A model generated the notes under the pieces. That model had not been told where the DNA came from, searched no databases, and was given only the letters and a program-made list of their open reading frames with translations. A stretch of 36,954 bases of DNA from Lachnospiraceae bacterium (GTDB lineage: Bacteria > Bacillota > Clostridia > Lachnospirales > Lachnospiraceae): the NCBI GenBank assembly GCA_021199405.1, contig JAJQID010000078.1, positions 1 to 36,954 of the forward strand, read 5' to 3'. Of the stretch, positions 25,187-33,933 are shown one piece after another. The position numbers and the translations under genes are program-made. Numbering within the stretch: position 1 is the first letter of the stretch; every line of letters begins with the position of its first letter.

Positions 25187-26548
25187 ATGGAAAAATTACT
25201 GGCCGGGACCGCGGTGAGGGATATCACGCCCACACCGCAGATTCTGGAAGATCTGAAGAGCGAAGGAAGGTACACCTATGAGGGGGTTGCCCATCCGATT
25301 TATTTAAAGACCCTGGTACTGACGGACGGGAATCGTAAGTTTGTTTATTTCTGTACAGATTTAAGCCGCTTTACCGTCAACGAGGAGATTCAGGACAGGC
25401 TGGAGAAGGAGCTGGGGCTTTCGGAGGGCGATTATCTTTTCAGTACCATCAGAACCCACAACACTATCAGCGGCTTTGGCGTGGATCTGCATGATGAGAG
25501 CAAAAAGGGCTCCAGCATGTACGGACAGCTTTTCTTTGACGCAGTGTTTGATTCATGCAGGGAAGCGATGAAAAATCTGGTGCCCGCAAGGATTGGGGCC
25601 GCCGAAGGAGAAAGCTTCATTACAATGAGGAGAGAGCAGTTTTCTCCGGCCGGCAATTTTGAGTCCTGCAACACCTCTCTTCCTCCGGCTCCCTGGCTGC
25701 GGGTAGTGAGAGTGGAGGATTTACAGGGCGCAACTCTGGCGCTGTTAGTCAATTACAGCATGCAGAATTGCATGGTCTGCCACTACAGTATGGAGGGGGA
25801 AGGCTATGACCTGATAACCAACGATGCGGCGGGGGAGATTGTGGATTATCTGGAGAGAGTGGGGAAACACGCGTATCCGGTGTTCTGGAGCAACGGCGGA
25901 GGCGCGGACCGTCAGCCCATGATGTATCTGACAGACTACTGTGATGTGGATGACAACGGAGTCTTCAGTATCCGCCATCAGGTACTGCCCATCGAGGCCA
26001 GCCTGATGATTATGAAATTCCTGGCGGCGGAGCAGGGAAGAGACGTCATGAAGACTGTGGAAAAAATCAGCTCCTACTCTGACGAATTCCGGCTGGATAC
26101 CCAGGTGCTGAACCTGAAAGTGCCGGGGAAGAAACGGCTGTTTCCGGCAATTGAGAATTATCATTACACAGAAGACGTCAGACCGGTTACGGATGCGCCT
26201 GTGGAGATGCGTCTGCAGATGACTGTTCTTGACGGCATTGCCTTCTGTGCCGCCAATGGTCCGGTTTACGCGGGAGCGTATAAGGCGTTGAAGGATATGC
26301 TGCCCTTTAAGGTTACGGTATTTTTTGACGATTGCCTGGGCGGACCTCATGCCACAGTGATTCCCACGCCGGACATGGAGGAGGAGAACAAATACGTACA
26401 CGCGACTCTGCAGAGCTACAGCTACACAGCCAGGATTGGATTTAATGCCTTTATGGGAGGCTTCGGAAAAATGCTGGAAAAATATATGCTTAAGACGGTG
26501 CCGACCTACGGGGGCGTCCCCTATCCGGACTTTGACGTGTTACAGTAA
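25187..26548 (+). CDS. Cytoplasmic neutral/alkaline-ceramidase-like amidohydrolase (hypothetical)
   Basis: The N-terminal pattern AGTAVRDITP...GVAHPIYLKTLVLTDGNRKFVYFCTDL and a later TIRTHNTISG resemble the N-terminal domain of bacterial neutral ceramidase-like proteins. There is no signal peptide. The family assignment is from memory. Confidence 0.55.
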   Translation: MEKLLAGTAVRDITPTPQILEDLKSEGRYTYEGVAHPIYLKTLVLTDGNRKFVYFCTDLSRFTVNEEIQDRLEKELGLSEGDYLFSTIRTHNTISGFGVDLHDESKKGSSMYGQLFFDAVFDSCREAMKNLVPARIGAAEGESFITMRREQFSPAGNFESCNTSLPPAPWLRVVRVEDLQGATLALLVNYSMQNCMVCHYSMEGEGYDLITNDAAGEIVDYLERVGKHAYPVFWSNGGGADRQPMMYLTDYCDVDDNGVFSIRHQVLPIEASLMIMKFLAAEQGRDVMKTVEKISSYSDEFRLDTQVLNLKVPGKKRLFPAIENYHYTEDVRPVTDAPVEMRLQMTVLDGIAFCAANGPVYAGAYKALKDMLPFKVTVFFDDCLGGPHATVIPTPDMEEENKYVHATLQSYSYTARIGFNAFMGGFGKMLEKYMLKTVPTYGGVPYPDFDVLQ

Positions 26549-26595
26549 ACGGACATGTCCGCTGCCGCGGACATCACTATAAATTTCAGGAGGAA

Positions 26596-27858
26596 ATGGA
26601 AATGGAGTTATTTGAGTACACATGTGAATATCACCGCCTTAACAGCGGTGGAAAGCCCTTTGCGGGGATTCCGCTGGCCCTTTATGTGCCGAAAGAGCGC
26701 ACGGAGGCTTCCAGCATCGCGGTTCTTCTGATGCACCGCTCCAGAGCGGATTTTACCTCTCACGTGCTCTGCGGTGAGCTTGCAAAACATGGCATCATCA
26801 CCGCCGGCGCCAATCCAAGGCACGCGGATCCGGAAGGATGGATCCGGGACTATGAGACCGCGGTGAAATTTCTGAAATCCTATCCCGGCGTAAAGAAGGT
26901 TGTGCTGCTGGGACACAGCCAGGCGGGAAATTATATGAGCTGCTATCAGTACATTGCGGAAAACGGCACGGACAGATTCAAACAGCCTGACAGGCTGGTA
27001 CCGTTCCCGGAGATCCATGATCTGACTCCGGCCGACGGGCTGATGCTGATGGATGCCAACTGGGGCATTATGGAGGTCCTCTGTCTGGATCCGGCGGTAA
27101 GGCAGCTGGACAACGGCTGGGGCAGAATTCCGGAGCTGGATCTGTACAATCCGGAAAACGGCTATGATCCCAACGGCTCTCATTACTCGGATGAGTTTAT
27201 TCACCGTTTCCAGAAGGCGCAGATCGATTTCTACCGCGGACTGCTGGAATATTCAAAGGAGAGGGTGGAGCTGATCGAGAAGGGCCGCGGCAAATTCCTG
27301 GATGATGAGCCCCTCTACATTGCCGGCGGCGGCATGGGCAGCGACAACAATAAGCTGTTTATTCAGGATCCCCGTCTTTTTGGCAGAACCGAAAAGCCCT
27401 GCAAGACACTTCTGAAGGACGGCTCCGTGGTGGAAAAGATCAATTATACGGTCAGAAAGCCTCAGGATAATGTCAGATCCACCTATTACACCAGAGGTGC
27501 GTTCAAAACCACGGTCAGGGAAATGCTGATGGAGGAGAGAAGGTTCAGCGATGACTTTGGTTACAATGAGTACTCCATGTGGGGGGATGAGCCTCAGTTT
27601 AATTTCTTAAGGACCATCGCCAACGTGGAGGGTATTACGGTGCCTACGCTGTGCACAGGCAATACCGCCAGCCATGAATTTGTGAACGCGGAGATGAACT
27701 ATAATCATTCCATCAGTAAGGACAAGGATCTGATCATGTTTGAGGGAGCAACCCATGAATTTGTGACCGCGGACATGGAGCTCTACGGGGATACCCTGGC
27801 CAATATAGGAACCTGGGTCTCCGGATGGCTGACCCAGCCGGGGCGTTTTATTGAATAA
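26596..27858 (+). CDS. Alpha/beta-hydrolase-fold protein
   Basis: Nucleophile elbow VVLLGHSQAGNY (GxSxG), 420 aa, no signal peptide. ATG 26602 is an equally good start. Confidence 0.7.
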   Translation: MEMELFEYTCEYHRLNSGGKPFAGIPLALYVPKERTEASSIAVLLMHRSRADFTSHVLCGELAKHGIITAGANPRHADPEGWIRDYETAVKFLKSYPGVKKVVLLGHSQAGNYMSCYQYIAENGTDRFKQPDRLVPFPEIHDLTPADGLMLMDANWGIMEVLCLDPAVRQLDNGWGRIPELDLYNPENGYDPNGSHYSDEFIHRFQKAQIDFYRGLLEYSKERVELIEKGRGKFLDDEPLYIAGGGMGSDNNKLFIQDPRLFGRTEKPCKTLLKDGSVVEKINYTVRKPQDNVRSTYYTRGAFKTTVREMLMEERRFSDDFGYNEYSMWGDEPQFNFLRTIANVEGITVPTLCTGNTASHEFVNAEMNYNHSISKDKDLIMFEGATHEFVTADMELYGDTLANIGTWVSGWLTQPGRFIE

Positions 27859-27872
27859 AAAGATATTTTTTC

Positions 27873-27901
27873 TTGAATCTGGCAATGGCATGTGTTAAAT
27901 T
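27873..27901 (+). promoter_or_regulatory. Predicted promoter upstream of the GntR gene
   Basis: TTGAAT (27873-27878), a 17-nt spacer, then TAAATT (27896-27901) preceded by TGt. The predicted start falls inside the G10 run. Confidence 0.35.
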
Positions 27902-27905
27902 TTAA

Positions 27906-27915
27906 GGGGGGGGGG
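27906..27915. repeat. G10 homopolymer
   Basis: Ten consecutive G. They are followed by the inverted repeat GTAGGG (27915-27920) / CCCTAC (27932-27937), then a short (TG)n run at 27941-27949. Confidence 0.95.
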
Positions 27916-27979
27916 TAGGGCATATCCCACCCCCTACTGATGTGTGTGTCATGACGCATACGGATATGGCGGACTGCAG

Positions 27980-28729
27980 ATGAGAAATGAAGAACTGAAA
28001 TATGTGCAGATTTACAATATATTAAAGGAAGAGCTTTATAATTCCAAATATGAGGTAGGGGGGCATTTCCCCACAGAGGATCAGCTCAAGGAGCGCTTCG
28101 GGGTATCAAAGACCACGATTCGTCATACCATTGCCATGCTGGTGGCGGACCAGCTGATCAGCGTCAGGCAGGGCAGCGGGATGATTGTTCTTCCGATTCA
28201 GCACAGACAGATCAGTTACAACAAGATGCAGGGAGCCATTCTGACCTCCATTGAGTTTACAGGAGAGTACGCGGGACATGAAGTGATGACGTCCAGGGTG
28301 TCAGTGGATACGGTAAAAGCGCTGGAGGCTACGGCTGCAGCTCTTCAGCTTCCGGAAGGCACTGAGGTGTACAGGCTGCAGTTCTTCAATCTGGTGAAGT
28401 CGGATACAGTGGCCCTGTATACGAATTATATTCCGCTGGAATTGGCGCCGGGGCTGGAAAACAGGGAAAGAGAGATTGTCCGTGTGATTCCGTTCCTGAA
28501 GGAGGAGTATCACAGAGAGGTTTCCTATTCTCTGACCGATTATACGTTTTCCACCGCCAATATTGTGGAGGCCAAGCTTCTGGGAACAGAATGCGGAAGT
28601 CCGCTTCTGGAGATACATACCACCTATTATATGGAGGGAGATATCCCGATGATGTATGTCTGGTCGAGAAACCGTGCTGACATCATGAAAATCAATTTCA
28701 GAAACGATTCTCAGGAGTTTATTTTCTGA
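27980..28729 (+). CDS. GntR/HutC-family transcriptional regulator with UTRA effector domain
   Basis: Winged HTH EDQLKERFGVSKTTIRHTIAMLVADQLISVRQGSGMIV, followed by a ~170-aa UTRA-like C-terminal domain. The start is ATG 27980 with a weak RBS. Confidence 0.85.
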   Translation: MRNEELKYVQIYNILKEELYNSKYEVGGHFPTEDQLKERFGVSKTTIRHTIAMLVADQLISVRQGSGMIVLPIQHRQISYNKMQGAILTSIEFTGEYAGHEVMTSRVSVDTVKALEATAAALQLPEGTEVYRLQFFNLVKSDTVALYTNYIPLELAPGLENREREIVRVIPFLKEEYHREVSYSLTDYTFSTANIVEAKLLGTECGSPLLEIHTTYYMEGDIPMMYVWSRNRADIMKINFRNDSQEFIF

Positions 28730-28794
28730 GTACACCAGTCTTTTTAGCGTTTCAGCCATATTGCCGGTTCATCTGTTCTTTCCCGGTGGGGAGA

Positions 28795-28825
28795 GGAATC
28801 TTTTTATTCCATTTTAATATCTTTT
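28795..28825 (+). terminator. Weak terminator after the GntR gene
   Basis: GGAAT (28795-28799) pairs with ATTCC (28806-28810), followed by ATTTTAATATCTTTT. The stem is only 5 bp. Confidence 0.3.
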
Positions 28826-28910
28826 ATTGATATGACAGACAGTCAGGGCCGCCCGGACACAAAATCCGCACGGCCGGTGAGTCATGTCAGTTTCTGTTTG
28901 GAAGGAAGGG

Positions 28911-30398
28911 ATGAATATGCCGTCAGTTACAGCGACAAAGCGTGTCGGCCGCAACCTGACCGAAGGCCCGATTTTTAAAGGTCTGATGGTTTTTGCACTG
29001 CCGATTATACTTTCGAATGTCATACAGCAGCTTTATGGAATGGTGGATTTGTCTATTGCCGGCAGGTATGTTGGCTCCATTGGAACAGTGGGGGTCAATA
29101 CCGGCGGGGAGATGGCTGATTTTATTCTGCCGGTGGCCATTGGTTTCTCCAGCGCGGGGCAGATCTACGTATCACAACTGGTTGGGGCCGGACGTTATGA
29201 TAAGGTGAAGAGCGCCATAGGGACGTTGTTTTCCCTGATTTTACTGATTGCCGTGATTTTGTCGGTCTGTGTGATCGCTTTCTGCAATCCGATTCTCCAG
29301 CTGCTGAACTGCCCTCAGGAAGCCCTTGGGCAGGCGAGAGCCTATATGATCATCACGGCCATCGGATTTCCCTTTGTGTTTGGATATAACGCTGTATGCG
29401 GTATATTGCGGGGCATGGGGGAGAGTAAAAGGCCGCTGTACTTTATTATCGTAGCGGCTTCCATCAATATTTTTGCGGATCTGCTTCTGGTGGTGGTGAT
29501 TCCGCTGGAAGCTGCGGGCACCGCCATCGCTACAGTGCTCAGTCAGATTGCCTCCTTCACCGCGGCATTTTCGTTTATGTACCGCAGCCGGGACAGGCTG
29601 GGGTTAAAGTTTGATCGTACCCTTTTGGGAATGGACAGGGAAGCCGCCGGGGTGATGGTGAAGCTGGCGGTTCCGCAGGTGACCCGTTCTCTGATGGTAA
29701 GATTTGGCCTTCTCTGGGTGAACGCCAATATCAATACCTACGGAACAGAGGTGTCCGCCACCAACGGCGTGGGCAACAAGATTCAGAAATTCCTGGAGGT
29801 ATTCATGCAGGGTGTGGATACAGCAGCCGCATCCATGATCGGGCAGAACCTGGGAGCCAGAAAGTACGACCGGGCTAAAAAGATCCCGCTTTGCGCCCTT
29901 AGTCTGACCATGGCGTTTGCCGTGGCGTGCTCCGTGCTGGGGCTGCTGTTTCCGAAGCAGATTTTCGGGATATTTTCCGATGATCCGCTGGTGCTTGCCC
30001 TGGGAGTGGTGTATCTGGAGTTTATGGTGATTCACTTTTTCTCAACGGCCTTTATCGGACCGTTTCAGGCCATGGTCAACGGCAGCGGTTTCGTCAGTCT
30101 GGGCTTTGTGGTGGGAATTCTCGATGGCCTTTTATGCAAGATCGGGCTCAGTCTGATCTTTGTTCCCCTGTTTGAAAATGCCGCTGCTACAGGAATCGTT
30201 GGCTTTTTTATCAGTCAGATTCCGGTGGAGATTGTGGGAGAGGCGCATTCCTATGGCTATCTGGGATATTTTCTGGCGATCGCCTGCTCGAGAATACTGC
30301 CGGGACTCATCTGCTTTGGCTATTATGTGAGCGGAAGGTGGAAGAGCAGAAAGCTGCTGGTGAAGGGAAAAAAGTCAGAAGAATCAGAAGCCCGATGA
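28911..30398 (+). CDS. MATE-family efflux transporter
   Basis: The N-terminal LTEGPIFKGLMVFALPIILSNVIQQLYGMVD and 12 TM helices are typical of MATE/NorM-like exporters. The start is ATG 28911 or 28917, after GGAAGGAAGGG. Confidence 0.9.
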   Translation: MNMPSVTATKRVGRNLTEGPIFKGLMVFALPIILSNVIQQLYGMVDLSIAGRYVGSIGTVGVNTGGEMADFILPVAIGFSSAGQIYVSQLVGAGRYDKVKSAIGTLFSLILLIAVILSVCVIAFCNPILQLLNCPQEALGQARAYMIITAIGFPFVFGYNAVCGILRGMGESKRPLYFIIVAASINIFADLLLVVVIPLEAAGTAIATVLSQIASFTAAFSFMYRSRDRLGLKFDRTLLGMDREAAGVMVKLAVPQVTRSLMVRFGLLWVNANINTYGTEVSATNGVGNKIQKFLEVFMQGVDTAAASMIGQNLGARKYDRAKKIPLCALSLTMAFAVACSVLGLLFPKQIFGIFSDDPLVLALGVVYLEFMVIHFFSTAFIGPFQAMVNGSGFVSLGFVVGILDGLLCKIGLSLIFVPLFENAAATGIVGFFISQIPVEIVGEAHSYGYLGYFLAIACSRILPGLICFGYYVSGRWKSRKLLVKGKKSEESEAR

Positions 30399-30435
30399 TA
30401 GAATGAGCGTCTTTTGCTCATGGTATCAGGAAGAG

Positions 30436-30484
30436 AAAACCCGCCATGCGAAACACGGGAGGTGTTCCTGCATGGCGGGTTTTA
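30436..30484. terminator. Bidirectional terminator between the convergent MATE gene and gdhA
   Basis: AAAACCCGCCATGC (30436-30449) pairs with GCATGGCGGGTTTT (30470-30483). Confidence 0.7.
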
Positions 30485-30531
30485 TTGCTGCATAATAAAA
30501 GAGTCAGATACGGTTCACGGGAATTCCGAAA

Positions 30532-31884
<1,353 letters not shown>

Positions 31885-31909
31885 TTATAGAATAAATACA
31901 CCGCTACCT

Positions 31910-31938
31910 ATTATAAAATAGATTATCCCGGTATACAA
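31910..31938 (-). promoter_or_regulatory. Predicted gdhA promoter
   Basis: Read on the minus strand: TTGTAT (31938-31933), a 17-nt spacer, then a perfect TATAAT (31915-31910). Confidence 0.5.
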
Positions 31939-32004
31939 GAAAAATTTTTGCATCCCCGGAAAAAAAGGACACAAAAAAATAAGAAAAAAAACAAAATACT
32001 TCCT

Positions 32005-32032
32005 TTGCAAAAGCCGCCGGATGTAGTATACT
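32005..32032 (+). promoter_or_regulatory. Predicted promoter for the SH3/TM protein gene and its long leader
   Basis: TTGCAA (32005-32010), a 16-nt spacer, then TATACT (32027-32032), preceded by an A-rich tract. Confidence 0.45.
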
Positions 32033-32044
32033 GTTTCCAATAAA

Positions 32045-32246
32045 CCGTTACTATTCACAGCCGACTTGAAATGTATTATCAGACTCGTCAAGCTTGCTTG
32101 TAAGAGACTGATAATACATTTCAGGTTGACTGAGAATCAGTCACTTCCTCCACATAAGCAATCTTAGCCCCGTAGGGGCGAGAAAGCACGCGTAGCGGGT
32201 GAGATTGCGCATGTGAAGGAAGCGGTTGTGAATGAAATAGTAACAG
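32045..32246 (+). ncRNA. Highly structured ~200-nt 5' leader (unclassified cis-regulatory RNA candidate)
   Basis: The outer stem pairs 32045-32059 with 32227-32244. It encloses three elements. First, a 22-position hairpin (32065-32086 / 32104-32125) with 20 Watson-Crick pairs and 1 G-U. Second, a 7-bp hairpin at 32127-32143. Third, a 21-position stem (32144-32164 / 32202-32222) carrying two GUA-triloop hairpins (32167-32179 and 32189-32197). Confidence 0.4.
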
Positions 32247-32281
32247 CGAACCCATAGAAAAACTGAAAAGAGGTGTACACT

Positions 32282-33856
32282 TTGAAAAAACTGCGAAAAG
32301 TATTGACTCTCGCAGCAGCATTGTTTGTTATGATGGCTGCTGTTTGTCGGATGAATGTGCCGGTGGAGGCGTATGTGCAGAAGCTTGGCACGATTACCTC
32401 AGACACCAGCCTGTATGAAAGTGCATCCAGCTCCGCTTCCGTGGTGATGAGCCTGACCAGCGGACAGAGCGTGCTTGTCAATAATGAAGTGACGGGAACG
32501 GATGGTGCGATCTGGTACCAGCTTTATGTCGATAATACGGAGACCGGATATGTATTGTCCAGCGTGGTTTCCGTATCAGAGAGCTCTTCTGAAACAGGCT
32601 CTACGGAGGCGGCGGTTCTGACAACCACCACTACCACCACAGTCACCACAGGTACGATTACCGCGGGCACCGTCAATGTGCGCGCGTCGGCTACCACCAG
32701 CAGCACCGCAGTGACGACCCTGTCAAGCGGAGATACCTTTACAGTGGTGGCAGAGGAGACTGGTGCTGACGGCTATGTCTGGTATCAGGCGGAGTTTGAG
32801 CAGAACGGGAGCACGGTTACAGGTTATATTCGTTCCGATCTGGCGACAGTCAGCACAGAAGAGATAGAGACTGTTGTGGAGAATCCGGATGTGACGGAGG
32901 AGCTGGCGGAGGAGACGACGGAAACAGCGGTTCCCTATCGCCTGGTGAGCCAGGAGAGCGCGGAGGGCGAGACGATCTGGTATCTGGTGGAGGACGGCAG
33001 CAGCGAGGGATATTCTGTGGAAGCTCTGCTGGAGGCAGCCAACACCCCGGTTTCTTCATCCGGTGGCGGACAGAAGGCTGTGATTGTGCTTCTGATTATA
33101 TTGCTGATCATCGCGGGAGCGGCAGCTGCATTCTTCTGTCTGCGGTGGAGAGACGCCGAGAATCTGATGGAAGAGATGCGGGAGCAGAATAAGCGCCGGC
33201 GTACAGTCAGGAAGGAGGCTGCACCCGCAGCGGGAGGAAAGTCTCAGAACCCGCAGTCCAGACAGACGAAGCCCCAGCAGTCCGCGGCGGGACAGACAAG
33301 ATCCCAGCAGTCCGCGGCGGGACAGACAAGATCCCAGCAGTCCACGGCGGGACAGACAAGATCCCAGCAGTCCGCCGCAGGACAGGCAAGACCCCAGCAA
33401 TCTGCCGCAGGACAGGCGAGACCTCAGCAGTCCGCCACAGGGCAGACAAAGACTCAGCAGTCTGTGCAGGCGCGAACGCAGCAGACAGTGAAGGCGAAGC
33501 CCGCGGCAGGCAGCGGATCGCAGACATCCTCCAAACCGGTAGCGCCGACTCTGACGAAGGGAACCCGAGCGGAGGCGTCGGGAACGGCTGATACAGGGCC
33601 AAAGACCCGTCCTCAGCCCAGGACACAGTCAAAGAGCAGCTATGATGACCTGGATCTGAGTGATCTGGACGATCTGGATCTGGAGGATTTCCCAAGCTCC
33701 GATGATATTGTGCAGACAACCCGCAAGGAGCTGAAGCGCAAGCAGGAGGAGCCGGTATCAAAGCCCAAGACCCGCAAATCCAGAAATTTCCTGGATGACG
33801 ATGATGACGAGGATCTGGAATTTGATTTCCTGAGACTGGATGACGATGATGAATAA
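32282..33856 (+). CDS. SH3b-repeat single-pass membrane protein with a repetitive Gln/Ser/Ala-rich and acidic cytoplasmic tail
   Basis: From N- to C-terminus: a signal sequence, SH3_3-like modules (GTITSDTSLYESASS...IWYQLYVDNTETGYVLSSVV and GTVNVRASATTSS...VWYQAEFEQNGSTVTGYIRSDL), the TM helix AVIVLLIILLIIAGAAAAFFCL, decapeptide repeats, and an Asp-rich C-terminus. The start is TTG 32282, 6 nt after AGAGGTG; GTG 32273 is an alternative. Confidence 0.75.
   Translation: MKKLRKVLTLAAALFVMMAAVCRMNVPVEAYVQKLGTITSDTSLYESASSSASVVMSLTSGQSVLVNNEVTGTDGAIWYQLYVDNTETGYVLSSVVSVSESSSETGSTEAAVLTTTTTTTVTTGTITAGTVNVRASATTSSTAVTTLSSGDTFTVVAEETGADGYVWYQAEFEQNGSTVTGYIRSDLATVSTEEIETVVENPDVTEELAEETTETAVPYRLVSQESAEGETIWYLVEDGSSEGYSVEALLEAANTPVSSSGGGQKAVIVLLIILLIIAGAAAAFFCLRWRDAENLMEEMREQNKRRRTVRKEAAPAAGGKSQNPQSRQTKPQQSAAGQTRSQQSAAGQTRSQQSTAGQTRSQQSAAGQARPQQSAAGQARPQQSATGQTKTQQSVQARTQQTVKAKPAAGSGSQTSSKPVAPTLTKGTRAEASGTADTGPKTRPQPRTQSKSSYDDLDLSDLDDLDLEDFPSSDDIVQTTRKELKRKQEEPVSKPKTRKSRNFLDDDDDEDLEFDFLRLDDDDE
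33271..33450 (+). repeat. In-frame 30-bp tandem repeat, about 6 copies
   Basis: The unit CCCAGCAGTCCGCGGCGGGACAGACAAGAT starts at 33271, 33301, 33331, 33361, 33391 and 33421. The first three copies are nearly identical and later ones diverge. A degenerate seventh unit runs to 33480. It encodes PQQSAAGQTR-type decapeptides. Confidence 0.9.
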
Positions 33857-33933
33857 GAATTGAGATGGGGGGACAGCCTGCGAATACAGGTTGTCCTTTT
33901 TGCAAAAGTATGATGAGAAAGGCAGGAGAAGGT

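Noticed and set aside
27906-27920. G-quadruplex potential of GGGGGGGGGGTAGGG.
   Set aside because: Only three G3 runs can be drawn with non-zero loops, so a canonical three-tetrad G4 is not possible without distant partners. Homopolymer slippage is the more relevant property.
28730-28910. Possible guanidine (ykkC or mini-ykkC) or other efflux-associated riboswitch upstream of the MATE gene, suggested by ACGG within CCGCACGGCCGG.
   Set aside because: There are no paired ACGR-loop hairpins and no ykkC core (GGGA...ACGR...CUAGGGUUCCG). Only a 5-bp GGCCG/CGGCC stem is present.
32045-32246. Inverted repeats around a ~170-bp segment next to a promoter could indicate an invertible promoter (inverton).
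   Set aside because: The outer repeat is short and interrupted (13 bp with a 5-nt bulge). The long 22-bp repeat encloses only 17 nt. The promoter lies outside the repeats, and no recombinase gene is nearby. An RNA-structure interpretation fits better.
33271-33450. Regular 30-bp repeats could suggest a CRISPR array.
   Set aside because: The units are directly adjacent with no spacers, are in frame within a long CDS, and are not palindromic. No cas genes are present.
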